64,000 nt of DNA from Armatimonadota bacterium (GCA_052035525.1 JBPOHN010000024.1:13527-77526), one strand, 5' to 3'; numbered from the stretch's first letter, positions 9,837 through 19,858 are shown. Notes: generated from the sequence alone by a model not told the origin. Numbers and translations: made by a program.

Positions 9837-10808
9837 TTACCGCTCGAGCGCAGGCATAGGGCCCCAGTCATCCGCCGTGCCCATCGGCAGCCTGACAATG
9901 TAGGAGTAGGCTCCCAGCGCCGCTTTCGCCCCGTCGCCGGCCGCGATTATGATCTGCTTCTCCGGAACGTCTGTGACATCACCCGCGGCATACAGACCCG
10001 GCACACCCGTACGCGCCGCGCAGTCCACCGGGATCTCCCCAATAGGATTCAGCCTCACCAGGTCCTGTACACAGGCCGAATTCGGGGCGAGCCCGATCTC
10101 GATGAAAACGCCGTCAACGTCCAACGTCCTCTTTTCGCCGGTATCCACGTTCTCAATCTCGATACCGGTCACGAAATCCTCGCCCAGTATCCTGTTCACG
10201 CAAGTGTTAGGCAAGATATCCACGTTCGGCGCTTCTCTCGCCTGGCGAACTACGACTTCGTCAGCACGAGGTTTGGACTCGATGTCGATTAGGTAGACCC
10301 TCGGGCATATCTTCATCATCTGGACAACTGCATCGAGACCTGAGTTGCCTCCGCCTACGACGGCTACGGTCTTGCCCGCAAATAGAGGCCCGTCGCACGT
10401 TGCGCAGTAGACAACCCCCCGGCCTCTGAACTCCTTCTCCCCGGGCACGTCCAGGAGCTTCGGCGACTTTCCAGTGGCGACGATCAGGGCCCGGGAATGG
10501 AAGACCCGATCGTCCTCGGTTTCTACCCGGAACAGACCGCCGTGCCGCGAAACGTGCCTGGCGCGCGTGAACTCCTGCGGCACACTGAAAATGCGGACGT
10601 GCTCATCGAACTTCAGCACAAGATCCGCGCCACTGATCATTATAAACCCGAGGTAGTTCTCGATTGCAGAACTCCACATCGCCTGCCCGCCGATATCATC
10701 GGAGATGACCAGAACATCGAGTTGCTTTCGTGCAGAGTACACTACGGCTGTCATGCCTGCAGGACCGGCGCCGAGGATAATGAGATCGTAGTTGGTTTTC
10801 TCTGGCAT
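9837..10808 (-). CDS. trxB: thioredoxin-disulfide reductase family flavoprotein
   Basis: YDLIILGAGPAGMTAAVY (FAD GxGxxG), the redox-active CATCDG motif, and a second GGGNSG (NADPH) motif. The stop is 4 bp before the hemW start. Confidence 0.75.
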   Translation of the reverse strand: MPEKTNYDLIILGAGPAGMTAVVYSARKQLDVLVISDDIGGQAMWSSAIENYLGFIMISGADLVLKFDEHVRIFSVPQEFTRARHVSRHGGLFRVETEDDRVFHSRALIVATGKSPKLLDVPGEKEFRGRGVVYCATCDGPLFAGKTVAVVGGGNSGLDAVVQMMKICPRVYLIDIESKPRADEVVVRQAREAPNVDILPNTCVNRILGEDFVTGIEIENVDTGEKRTLDVDGVFIEIGLAPNSACVQDLVRLNPIGEIPVDCAARTGVPGLYAAGDVTDVPEKQIIIAAGDGAKAALGAYSYIVRLPMGTADDWGPMPALER

Positions 10809-10856
10809 AGGCAGGAACCTCCCCCAGCCCTATTCTACAGGCAAGGGGCAGTGGGA

Positions 10857-11102
10857 TCACCCAAGCAGCTCATCGATCTTGGCCCGGTTAAAGCCGATTA
10901 CGATCTGTCCGCCGATATCGATGACGGGCACGCCAAGTTGCCCTGATTTCTGAACCATTGCATTGCGCGCCTCAAGGTCCGATGCCACATTGTGGTCCGT
11001 GAATTCGACGCCCTTTTGCGTGAGGTAGTCCTTGACCTGTCGGCAATATGGGCAAGTGGGAGTGGAGTAGACGGTCACGTGCTTCGTAGTCGTTTCAGCC
11101 AT
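10857..11102 (-). CDS. glutaredoxin-like small redox protein (CPYC)
   Basis: 81 aa with TCPYCRQVKDYL, the active site of glutaredoxin / NrdH-like proteins. Confidence 0.7.
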   Translation of the reverse strand: MAETTTKHVTVYSTPTCPYCRQVKDYLTQKGVEFTDHNVASDLEARNAMVQKSGQLGVPVIDIGGQIVIGFNRAKIDELLG

Positions 11103-11244
11103 TGTAGAGCCTCCTAAGGGCGTTCTTCTTGCCTTAGCTATACCCCATCTGCCTGTTACCTATTGCATTTCCCTCACGGAACTGGTATACTGGCAAGGTT
11201 ATCGATTCTGCAATCCCTAGGCAGTGACAGGGGGTGAAACCTAG

Positions 11245-11517
11245 TTGCCAAATATCAAGTCGGTTGTCAAAGACGTTAAGAAGTCTCGTGCGAATAGAGC
11301 GCGGAATGCGGACACCAAGTCCCGGATCAAGACCTTCGTAAAGAAGAGCAAGGCCGCTATGGACGAGAACGCCGCAGAGGCCGTTTCGCTCGTGAACGAG
11401 ACTGTGAGCATAATCGATAAGGCCGCGAAGCGCGGGATCATCCATCCCAACGCCGCCGCCCGTCGAAAATCCAGGCTTATGAAGCGCGCGAACAGCAAGG
11501 CTGCCGAGCAGGCATAG
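11245..11517 (+). CDS. rpsT: 30S ribosomal protein S20
   Basis: 90-aa basic protein MPNIKSVVKDVKKSRANRARNA..., a typical S20 N-terminus. Start is TTG. Confidence 0.85.
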   Translation: MPNIKSVVKDVKKSRANRARNADTKSRIKTFVKKSKAAMDENAAEAVSLVNETVSIIDKAAKRGIIHPNAAARRKSRLMKRANSKAAEQA

Positions 11518-11546
11518 GTTTCGGATAGTATAGCAGATTTCAGAGG

Positions 11547-11580
11547 AGAGAGGTATGCATTTGCTGCCTCTCTTTCTGCG
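11547..11580 (+). terminator. rpsT intrinsic-terminator-like hairpin
   Basis: agagagg-N13-cctctct followed by ttctg, 30 bp after the rpsT stop. Confidence 0.4.
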
Positions 11581-11706
11581 TGTACGGGAGGTATTCTCCC
11601 GCGGCTGTGCTAAGTTTACCGGTGTCCCTTAGCCCAAGGGAATCCTGATGGCGGCAGCACGGGAAACGGAATCCAGCTGCGCGCGTTCGCAGCCGGTCAG
11701 AGAGCG

Positions 11707-12606
11707 ATGGTTACCAGAAAGCAAATGGTGGACGGCCTGCGTGAGCTTGGGCTCCGCGCCGGCGATACGGTGGTAGTGCACAGCGCCCTGAGCAGCTTCG
11801 GAGAGGTGGAGGGCGGTGCTGACACGGTTGTGGATGCGCTCTTGGAGGTGCTCGGCAAGCAGGGCACGCTGATTGCGCCCACGTTCAACTTCGAGCCCGG
11901 GATATGGGACCGTGACAACACGAAGTCCGTAGTCGGGGCAGTCACCGAGGCCGTGCGCGCCCGCCCTGACGCGATCCGCAGCAACCACCCAACACATTCC
12001 GTGGCGGCTATCGGTGCACTTGCGGACGTGATTACCGAAGACCACGAGAAAGTCGATCCGTTCGCCCGCGGCTCTGCTCTCTACAAAGCGCTTCAGGCGA
12101 GAGCGAAGATACTCCAACTGGGAGTCACCCACACGAGCAACTCCACGATCCACGTAGCGGAAGAGATTGCCGAGGTCCCCTACCTCGACCGGCAGCGCAA
12201 CGTCGGCATTCTTCGTCCTGACGGCAAGGTTGTGTACAAGTGGGTTCGCCGGCCCGGCTGCAGCCAGGGCTTTGACGTTATTGATGAGATACTCTGCGAC
12301 AAGGACCAGATCAGCGAGGTCAAGATCGGCAAGTGCAAAGCCAGGCTGATGAGCGCTAGAGACGTCGTCGATGCATCAATCGAACTCCTGAGATCGGACC
12401 CGGCTGCGCTTCTCTGCAATAGGCCCGACTGCGGCGTCTGCGCGGAGTCACGGGCGATGATATCCGCCGTGGAATCGGAGAGACAGGATAAGGAGGTAAT
12501 CGAGGCTGCCGAGGAAGAGGAACGGCTGCGTCGTAGGATAGCGAGACGGCTCGAAGGCGATGTAAGCTATTGGGAGCCGGAAGAGAACAACCACCTGCAA
12601 AACTAA
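11707..12606 (+). CDS. AAC(3)-family N-acetyltransferase (Antibiotic_NAT fold)
   Basis: GDTVVVHSALSSFGEVEGGADTVVDALLEVLGKQGTLIAPTF matches the conserved N-terminal block of aminoglycoside 3-N-acetyltransferase family proteins. Confidence 0.7.
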   Translation: MVTRKQMVDGLRELGLRAGDTVVVHSALSSFGEVEGGADTVVDALLEVLGKQGTLIAPTFNFEPGIWDRDNTKSVVGAVTEAVRARPDAIRSNHPTHSVAAIGALADVITEDHEKVDPFARGSALYKALQARAKILQLGVTHTSNSTIHVAEEIAEVPYLDRQRNVGILRPDGKVVYKWVRRPGCSQGFDVIDEILCDKDQISEVKIGKCKARLMSARDVVDASIELLRSDPAALLCNRPDCGVCAESRAMISAVESERQDKEVIEAAEEEERLRRRIARRLEGDVSYWEPEENNHLQN

Positions 12607-12636
12607 CGCGGATGGGGTTCAACTGGAGAGGAATGT

Positions 12637-13011
12637 ATGGCTAATCAGATCAGAATAACCGCTGGAAATGTGAGCATGACGGCAACGCTGAACGACAGCG
12701 CTTGTGCGAAGAAGATATGGGATGCGCTTCCGCTAGAGGCACGCGGAAGCACGTGGGGCGATGAGATCTACTTTGGTATCCCCGTGAGCTGCGGTCCTGA
12801 GAACCCTCAGGAGACTGTGGAACTTGGCGATCTCGGTTATTGGCTGGAAGGAAGCTGCTTCTGCATTTTCTATGGCCCTACGCCGATGAGCCGGGGAAAT
12901 GAGATCCGTCCGGCAAGCGCCGTCGAGGTGTTTGGCAAGATCGACGGAGACGCGAAGGAGTTCCGCAAGGTCTCCAGTGGCGCGAAGGTTGTTGTTGAGA
13001 AGGTAGAATAG
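12637..13011 (+). CDS. cyclophilin-like-fold small protein (DUF3830-like)
   Basis: 124 aa, MANQIRITAGNVSMTATLNDSACAKKIWDALPLEARGSTWGDEIYF... Pattern recalled for the DUF3830 / cyclophilin-like family. Confidence 0.45.
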   Translation: MANQIRITAGNVSMTATLNDSACAKKIWDALPLEARGSTWGDEIYFGIPVSCGPENPQETVELGDLGYWLEGSCFCIFYGPTPMSRGNEIRPASAVEVFGKIDGDAKEFRKVSSGAKVVVEKVE

Positions 13012-13122
13012 CTTCCTGAGCCGTCATTTCCGAGCAGGAACCGTGGGGCTGCTGTCTCGGGTGTTGCCAAAGCAGTGCCTCCGCCGTGCTCAGGATGACG
13101 ATGGAGACAGAGAGGTGGAGCA

Positions 13123-14421
13123 ATGAAAGCAGGAATAGCAAGGCAGAAGATCACGCCTCAGATCGGCGTTGATCTGACGGGATATGTGGCGCGCGCAGGA
13201 AGCTCAACCAGCGTGCACGACGATCTCTATGCGACAGCATTGGTGCTGGATGATGGTGCCACTCGTGTCGGAATCATATCTATGGACCTGATCGGATGGG
13301 ATATGGAGCAGGACGCGGCGATGCGCAAGGAGATATCCGCGGCGACAGGCATAGACCCGCACAACCTGCTGATCGGATGCTCACACACGCACAGCGGCCC
13401 TGCCGTCGGCGTGCTTCGAGAGTGCGGCGATCCCAATGAGGCCGCAGTGCGAAGGATTTGGTCGCAGATAGTGGCGGTGGCAAGAGAAGCCGCGAGCGAA
13501 CTCGTGGACGCGCGGCTCTCTTACGCTCACGCGGACTCCGATCTCGCCTACAACCGCAGAAGCTGGGTGATAGAGGGGAAGGTCCAGCAGAGTCCAACCT
13601 CCGGCGTGACCACTGACCGTACTGCCGAGGCACTGATTATCGATATGGCGGGACGCCAGCCCGTGATGGTCTTCAACTACGCCTGCCACGGGGTGGTGCT
13701 CGGCGCAGACAACCTGGCCATCAGCGCGGATTGGATAGGGGCCGCACGAAACGCGTTGGAGTCAAGCGGCAAAGTCGGAATTGCAATGTTCCTTCAGGGC
13801 TGCTGTGGCAATATCAACCCTCCGCGGCACGGCGACTTCGACGAGGTCAAGCGCGCTGGTGAGTCCGTAGCAATGCCGCTGCTTTCCGCGCTCCCGGGCA
13901 AAGCCATAGAGAACGCAAGAATCAGAGTGGCGTGGGAGGAAGTCGAGCTGCCGCTCCTGCCGATACCCCCGGAGGAGGAACTGGAACAGGAAATCAGCTT
14001 CCGTCGGAGCGAGATCGAGAAGGGCCGCGCCGAGGGAGCCTCCCAGGTAAACATACAGATCAGCAAGGCTATGCTCGATTGGGCCGAGAACGCGCTCAAG
14101 ATGGCCAATAGCGGCGGCGGGCCGGAGTCCGTGCGCGTCCCCCTCCAGGCGATCTCCTTCGGCGGCCTCACGCTCGCAACGCTTCCGGGTGAGGCGTTCT
14201 GCGAGTATGGTCTTGCATTCCGGAAGATGACTGACGCCGAGGTCATGCCGGTCGGCTATGCTAACGGCAACATAGGCTACATCCCAACGGCGGAAGCCTA
14301 CAAGGAAGGCGGTTACGAGGTCGATGGGGCGATCAGATACTACGCCGTGAAGATGATCGGGCCCGGGACTGAGCAGGTCATTATGGAAACGATGGGCCGC
14401 CTGCTGTCCCAGGTTGCATAG
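13123..14421 (+). CDS. neutral/alkaline ceramidase-like hydrolase
   Basis: 432 aa with a GCSHTHSGP and CCGNINPPRHGD pattern resembling the neutral-ceramidase N-terminal domain. Confidence 0.5.
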   Translation: MKAGIARQKITPQIGVDLTGYVARAGSSTSVHDDLYATALVLDDGATRVGIISMDLIGWDMEQDAAMRKEISAATGIDPHNLLIGCSHTHSGPAVGVLRECGDPNEAAVRRIWSQIVAVAREAASELVDARLSYAHADSDLAYNRRSWVIEGKVQQSPTSGVTTDRTAEALIIDMAGRQPVMVFNYACHGVVLGADNLAISADWIGAARNALESSGKVGIAMFLQGCCGNINPPRHGDFDEVKRAGESVAMPLLSALPGKAIENARIRVAWEEVELPLLPIPPEEELEQEISFRRSEIEKGRAEGASQVNIQISKAMLDWAENALKMANSGGGPESVRVPLQAISFGGLTLATLPGEAFCEYGLAFRKMTDAEVMPVGYANGNIGYIPTAEAYKEGGYEVDGAIRYYAVKMIGPGTEQVIMETMGRLLSQVA

Positions 14422-14440
14422 CTTGAGGAGATGAGGCAAG

Positions 14441-16180
14441 ATGGTGTTTCGTGCTGAAGTGTTTGTGGCGCTTGCAATGCTGCTGATTGCCTGCCCGATA
14501 GGTATCAGCGCAGCGAAGGCTCCGCTGGTTGTTGGGCCGGAGGACAAGCGGGATGATAACATCAAGTTGTGGCTCCAGAGTTCGCTCAAGCGGGTGTTTC
14601 TCGACTCGGAGCCCGGGTCGGCCGACTCGCCGGAACTGCTTGCGCCCAGAAACGGGCAGGTGTCATTCCAGGTAGGCGTACGCAACGACCGGCAGGTGGC
14701 TCTGAACGTCAGGTGCGATATCAGCGGCGGCGGCCAAGGGCTCCATGTCAACATCCGAAGGGTCGGATTCGTGCCGATGATTCACGGGACGACCGGCACC
14801 CCCGCCTCCGACCTGGACTGCGGCCCGGGACTTGTCCCCGATCCTCTGTTCAACGATCAGGTGGTTGACGTTGGCCCGTTTGAGAATGCCGCATTCTGGA
14901 TAACCGTCAAGGTTCCGGCAGACGCGAAACCGGGCAAGCATGACATAGGCATCCGCCTGACCTTCCACAGCACCGATTGGTGGCGCGACGACACCCCCAA
15001 GACAGCAGACCTCAAGGCCACGGTCGAAGTATCTAAGTTCGTTGTGAAGCCGAGGCGGGACTTCCCCGTCATCCACTGGTGGAGAGGCGAGTGCCTGTGG
15101 GACTACTACAAGACCGGCACGTTCGAAGACGACAAGCTGTGGGCGATCATGCGAAACTACCTGGAGGACATGATCAACCACGGCACCAACAGCGTCTACG
15201 TTCCTATCTTTCACTTCAGACGCGAGACATTCCAAAGACCTTGCCAACTGCTCAAGGTAGAGGAACCCGAGCCCGGCAAGTACACCTTCGACTGGACCGA
15301 TGTCCACCGGTTCATCAAACTCGGCAAAGAACTCGGCTTCGAGCATTACGAGTTCTCCGCGTTCTGGATCTACTGGGCGACGAAGAACCCCGTCCGGGTC
15401 TACCACAAGGTAGACGGCAAGATGGTGATGTTCTGGCCGCCGGATTCGGACGGCCACGGGCCCGAGTTCCACAACTTTCTGAAGCAGTTCCTGCCGGAGT
15501 TCCACAAGTTCCTTATATCCGAGGGCATATTGGAGAAGTCATTCTTCCACATATCCGACGAGCCGGGTGAAGGAGAGAGCCTCGAGAACTACAAGAAGGC
15601 CCGGCAGTTCCTCCACGAGAACGCACCGTGGATGCAAGGGAAGATCATCGATGCGCTGAGCAGTATCGAATTCGGCAAGCAGAAGCTGACGGACAACCCG
15701 ATCCCGATCGTGAGCGCCGCGCAGGCCTACATCGACGCGGGGATCCCGCACTGGGTCTACTTCTGCTGCGAGCCGCGCGGGACGTATCTGCAGCGGCTTC
15801 TCGACACTCCGCTGCCCAAGATCAGGATGTCCGGATGGCTGTTCTACAAGCTCAATGCAAGAGGGTTTCTGCACTGGGGCTACAACTACTGGCATGCGAT
15901 GGAGCAGGAGAGACTGATCGACCCGTTCCAGACATCGACGAATGAGTGGTGGCCGGGGATCCCTCCGGGAGACCCATTTATGGTGTATCCCGGCGCAGAC
16001 GGGAAGCCTATTGACTCGATTCGCTGGGAGGTATTCGCGGAGTCGCTTCAGGATTACGCAATCCTTCAGACAGCCGGCATCAAGCCTGGCGATGAGATGC
16101 TCTCGGAGATCAAGGACTACGCAACGTTCCCAAGAAGCGAGGAGTGGATCGCAAAGCGGCTCAGAGAACTGCTGAAGTAG
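14441..16180 (+). CDS. secreted DUF4091-type glycoside-hydrolase-like protein
   Basis: 579 aa with a signal peptide and a W/Y-rich catalytic-domain-like region typical of DUF4091 proteins. Confidence 0.5.
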   Translation: MVFRAEVFVALAMLLIACPIGISAAKAPLVVGPEDKRDDNIKLWLQSSLKRVFLDSEPGSADSPELLAPRNGQVSFQVGVRNDRQVALNVRCDISGGGQGLHVNIRRVGFVPMIHGTTGTPASDLDCGPGLVPDPLFNDQVVDVGPFENAAFWITVKVPADAKPGKHDIGIRLTFHSTDWWRDDTPKTADLKATVEVSKFVVKPRRDFPVIHWWRGECLWDYYKTGTFEDDKLWAIMRNYLEDMINHGTNSVYVPIFHFRRETFQRPCQLLKVEEPEPGKYTFDWTDVHRFIKLGKELGFEHYEFSAFWIYWATKNPVRVYHKVDGKMVMFWPPDSDGHGPEFHNFLKQFLPEFHKFLISEGILEKSFFHISDEPGEGESLENYKKARQFLHENAPWMQGKIIDALSSIEFGKQKLTDNPIPIVSAAQAYIDAGIPHWVYFCCEPRGTYLQRLLDTPLPKIRMSGWLFYKLNARGFLHWGYNYWHAMEQERLIDPFQTSTNEWWPGIPPGDPFMVYPGADGKPIDSIRWEVFAESLQDYAILQTAGIKPGDEMLSEIKDYATFPRSEEWIAKRLRELLK

Positions 16181-16231
16181 CGGTCCGTTCACCTCTCACC
16201 AGGGGCGTCTTGCGCTCGGAAACAAAGAAAA

Positions 16232-16262
16232 GCCGGAGGAATATCCTCCGGCTCTTTCTTCT
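16232..16262. terminator. bidirectional rho-independent terminator between convergent genes
   Basis: gccggagg-aatat-cctccggc followed by tctttctt on the + strand, and by ttttctttgtttcc on the minus strand. Confidence 0.7.
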
Positions 16263-16283
16263 CCTCGTTTCCTCTGAACCCTG

Positions 16284-16898
16284 TTACTTGCGGCGTCTGA
16301 TTGCGAAGCCTGCAAGCCCGACAAGTCCGCCGAGCATACCAGCCAGAGCCGACGGCTCCGGAACGGCGGTCGGCGTAAACAGAATGCCGAACGAACCGTT
16401 CTGATACGCAGTGTTGTCGGTGTAGATTCTGAATGATACTTTGCCATCCACGGCAACCGGGGCCGCGAACTGGAAGTAGACCTGCTCATAGAGCTGTCCC
16501 GATCCGCCACCAGGGTAGCTGACCGGACCGCCGTCACCAGAGTAGGTGATCACATCGGCAGCTCGGTTGCAGATCACGCTGTCACTGGTGAAACCCCATT
16601 CGTCCACCAGATCGGTGCCCTGAACGATGTAGACACCGTTGCCTTGCGCCTGGATCAGCATACCGGTCCACTCTACGCCAGACTTGTTGGTGAGTGTAGC
16701 CAGATACCAACCCTTGTAGATCTGATCCGGGTTGTTCTGGGTCTCATCGTGGACAGCGGTCACACCGGCGAGCGTTTCGATGTCGAACGGGTTCTCGATA
16801 AGCTCGTAGTTGCCCGGGGTGCCGTTGACCGGACCGGTCATAGCGTAGCCAGGCGTTACGAGCAAGGCTAAGAGCGCTAAGACTGCGAAAACTCTCAT
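16284..16898 (-). CDS. secreted PEP-CTERM sorting-domain protein
   Basis: Has a signal peptide. The C-terminus is VPEPSALAGMLGGLVGLAGFAIRRRK (canonical PEP-CTERM). Confidence 0.75.
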   Translation of the reverse strand: MRVFAVLALLALLVTPGYAMTGPVNGTPGNYELIENPFDIETLAGVTAVHDETQNNPDQIYKGWYLATLTNKSGVEWTGMLIQAQGNGVYIVQGTDLVDEWGFTSDSVICNRAADVITYSGDGGPVSYPGGGSGQLYEQVYFQFAAPVAVDGKVSFRIYTDNTAYQNGSFGILFTPTAVPEPSALAGMLGGLVGLAGFAIRRRK

Positions 16899-17146
16899 TC
16901 ACTTCCCTCCATACCTCGAAATACTTAAGCAGCCGTATAACTCGGCCTTCGGCTGAAGGTGCGTCCTGCCTTGAGGACCCATCAGCAACGGACGTAAGGC
17001 CCACGTCCCACAGTCATCCCTGCTCGCAGGTTACCACAGCTCAGTTAGCTTGTCAACGGCTGAGGTGAGATTTCTGTAACGAATTTTTGTACAGCATCCG
17101 AGCAGTCCGGAATGAGAGCTCGGCAATGTGCTGAAAGCGGGCCGGC

Positions 17147-17174
17147 TCTTGCGAACCGGCCCGCTGCTGTCTGG
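17147..17174 (-). terminator. hairpin downstream of the aldo/keto reductase gene
   Basis: gcgggccgg-N10-ccggcccgc 9-bp stem, followed on the minus strand by tttcagc. Confidence 0.4.
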
Positions 17175-17194
17175 CCCTGGCTGCTGCCGCCGCT

Positions 17195-18295
17195 CTATTC
17201 CTTGAACGTCCCCGCCACTTCGCGGAGTTGTTCAATAATCTTGATCTTCTGCGGGCACTTCGGCTCGCACTCCCCGCACTCGATGCAGTCCTCCGCTCGC
17301 TTGCCGCGATTCGGCCTTTCGGGGTTGCTGAGTCGCTTATAGAGCTGCCTGGCGTGATCGGTCAGGCCGTACACTCTGTGCAGGTTCATTAGCCTGAAGT
17401 TCTCGGCGATGTTGACCTCGTTCGGACACGGCATGCAGTACTTGCATCCCGTGCAGTAGAGCTCCATCAGGCGCTTGTTCTCGATCAGCGAGGCTTCTAC
17501 CGCCTGCTTTTCGTTCGGCAAGAGGGGTTCTTCGCGGCTCGCCGTGGCGACATTCTCCTCCACCATCTCAACCGTGCTCATACCTGAGATGGCGGTGCTA
17601 ACGTTCGGGTTGCTGAGCACAAAACGCAGGGCTACTTCTGCCGAGCTACTGGCGTCGGACTTGATCATCCCCTTGATCTGCTCCGAGGGCGCAGCTAGCC
17701 TCCCGCCCCCCACGGGTCCCATCACGACCACACCCATACCCTTCTCATGGGCATACGCTATCGGTTCCTCGTTGGCCCTGTCGAGCAGATTGTACTGAAT
17801 TGTGAAGCCGTCGAACTCCCCGGTGTCGATCAGCTTGATCATGTTCGCAGGCGTGTCGTGGCAAGAGAAGCAGATGTATTTGATCAGCCCCTGGTCCTTG
17901 GCCTTCCGGACCGCTTCCATACCGCCGCCTTTTACCAGGAAATCATTGTAGACATCCCAGCCAAGCCCGTGCACAACCTGATAGAAGTCTATGTAATCAG
18001 TGTCCAACTGCTCCAGCGATGTGTTGAGCCGGCTCCACCAGCCCTCGACAGTCATATCGCCGCCGAGGTTGTTCTTGGTGGAAAGCAGGATCCTGTCGCG
18101 CCAGCCCTTCAGCGCGATCCCGCACTTTCGTTCGCTCTCCCCATAGGCGCGCGCGGTATCGAGGTAATTGACGCCCAGTTCGAATGCGCGCCGCATCACG
18201 CGAACGGCTTCTTCATCGTCCTGCGGCAGCCTCATCGCTCCAAAACCGAGGGCGGAGACCATTACGCCAGTTCTACCAAACTGTCGGTATTGCAC
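17195..18295 (-). CDS. aldo/keto reductase with C-terminal 4Fe-4S ferredoxin domain
   Basis: AKR N-terminus (GFGAMRL..., YLDTARAYG). The C-terminus has CTGCKYCMPCP and CIECGECEPKCP. Confidence 0.7.
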   Translation of the reverse strand: MQYRQFGRTGVMVSALGFGAMRLPQDDEEAVRVMRRAFELGVNYLDTARAYGESERKCGIALKGWRDRILLSTKNNLGGDMTVEGWWSRLNTSLEQLDTDYIDFYQVVHGLGWDVYNDFLVKGGGMEAVRKAKDQGLIKYICFSCHDTPANMIKLIDTGEFDGFTIQYNLLDRANEEPIAYAHEKGMGVVVMGPVGGGRLAAPSEQIKGMIKSDASSSAEVALRFVLSNPNVSTAISGMSTVEMVEENVATASREEPLLPNEKQAVEASLIENKRLMELYCTGCKYCMPCPNEVNIAENFRLMNLHRVYGLTDHARQLYKRLSNPERPNRGKRAEDCIECGECEPKCPQKIKIIEQLREVAGTFKE

Positions 18296-18541
18296 AGATT
18301 CTGCTCCCTTGCTCCACTACTGACTAGATCATACCCGCCCCCGTTTGCACGGTCAAGGCTTCGCCGGCACACCTCCCGCAGAGGCGCCGCGAGGTTCACA
18401 ACTCGCACAGAGAGAAGTTTTCGAAAAAAACCGGAACCTCTCGTATGAAAACGTCGTAGTAGGAAGTGAAGATCGAACTTATTCATCTTCTTCTCCTTTC
18501 ACCTCCTTTCCTCTGAACCCTGGCTTAGAGACCGGCCAGGG

Positions 18542-19858
18542 TTATTTCTTGTACGACCCTACTATCACCTCGTGTATCAGCGGCGGGGGTGCAGCCTCGC
18601 TGCCAAAGCTGTACGATTTCCTCACAAGCGCCTCTGCGTGCGATGCGAGCGCCGCGTCGTTAGCGTGGATACGCGCGATCACGTCGCCCTTCTCGACGCG
18701 GTCTCCCAGCTTCTTTTCGATGATAAGCCCAACCCCAGGATCGATCTCGTCCTCTTTGCGCTGCCGTCCCGCGCCCAAGACTGAGGCGGCAACCCCGATG
18801 GATTTCGTGTCCATAGCCACGACGAGGCCTGATTCCTCGCTCACGACTTCGCGCACTAGTGAAGCCGTCGGCAACAGAGAGGTATCCTCGGCTATACGCT
18901 CGTCGCCTCCTTGGGCGCGCACGATCTCCGCGAATTTCGCACGTGCGGCTCCGGAGGCCAGCGCGTCCTCGACACGGCTGCGAGCAGACGCAGGTGACGC
19001 ACCAGATTCGGCCATCTGAAGCAGAATCGAGCTCAGCTCGGTGCAGAGCTCGCGGAAGTCCGCAGGGCCGCGGTTGTGGAGAACCTCGATTGCCTCTTTC
19101 ACCTCCAGGGCATTTCCGACCGCCTTACCCAACGGCTGGCTCATATCCGTAATCGCCGCTCCGACGATCCTGCCCATGCCTTCGCCTATTGCGATCATAG
19201 TACGAGCCAGAGACCTTCCTTCGTCGATGTCGCTGGCGAACGCGCCACTGCCCACCTTCACATCCAGCAGTATCGCGTCGCTGCCGCAGGCGATCTTCTT
19301 GCTCATGACACTGGCCGCAATCAATGGAACGCTCTCCACCGTAGCGGTCACATCCCGAAGTGCATATATCTTTTTGTCCGCCGGAACGATGTCAGCCGTC
19401 TGACCCGCCATCGCGGCGCCTATCTCTGCGACCTGGCGCACGAACCGGTCAAGAGGAAGCGATGTGCAGAAGCCCGGAATCGATTCGAGCTTGTCCAGTG
19501 TGCCTCCCGTGAAGCCAAGCCCTCGACCCGACATCTTCGGCACTCTAAGGCCGCACGCCGCCAGTATGGGAACCACGACGACGGTGGTCTTGTCCCCTAC
19601 TCCGCCAGTGCTGTGCTTGTCCACTTTGGGGCCGGGTATGGATGACAGATCCAGGCTGGTCCCGCTGTCGATCATCGCCCGCGTCAGCGCCAGCGTTTCA
19701 TCGTAACTGAACCCGCGCAGATACACCGCCATCAGAAACGCCGACATCTGATAGTCCGGGACCTCGCCGCACGCGTAGCCGAGCACGATGCGCCGGATAT
19801 CGCCCTCGGAAAGCTCCCTGCCATCTCTCTTGGCCGCAATGATATCGTGGATTCTCAT
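18542..19858 (-). CDS. pyrimidine-nucleoside (thymidine) phosphorylase
   Basis: MRIHDIIAAKRDGRELS ... KHSTGGVGDKTT ... match TP/PyNP family hallmarks. The start is trimmed to the ATG at 19858; the ORF track runs 144 codons further upstream. Confidence 0.8.
   Translation of the reverse strand: MRIHDIIAAKRDGRELSEGDIRRIVLGYACGEVPDYQMSAFLMAVYLRGFSYDETLALTRAMIDSGTSLDLSSIPGPKVDKHSTGGVGDKTTVVVVPILAACGLRVPKMSGRGLGFTGGTLDKLESIPGFCTSLPLDRFVRQVAEIGAAMAGQTADIVPADKKIYALRDVTATVESVPLIAASVMSKKIACGSDAILLDVKVGSGAFASDIDEGRSLARTMIAIGEGMGRIVGAAITDMSQPLGKAVGNALEVKEAIEVLHNRGPADFRELCTELSSILLQMAESGASPASARSRVEDALASGAARAKFAEIVRAQGGDERIAEDTSLLPTASLVREVVSEESGLVVAMDTKSIGVAASVLGAGRQRKEDEIDPGVGLIIEKKLGDRVEKGDVIARIHANDAALASHAEALVRKSYSFGSEAAPPPLIHEVIVGSYKK

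Noticed and set aside
11134-12153. Minus ORFs 11134..11445, 11241..11498, 11629..12153
   Set aside because: Antisense to rpsT and the AAC(3)-family gene.
18262-18486. 74-codon minus-strand ORF with strong AGGAGG-N9-ATG
   Set aside because: After the first 10 residues the translation is low-complexity and unconvincing. It is kept only as a note under the 3'-UTR motif finding.
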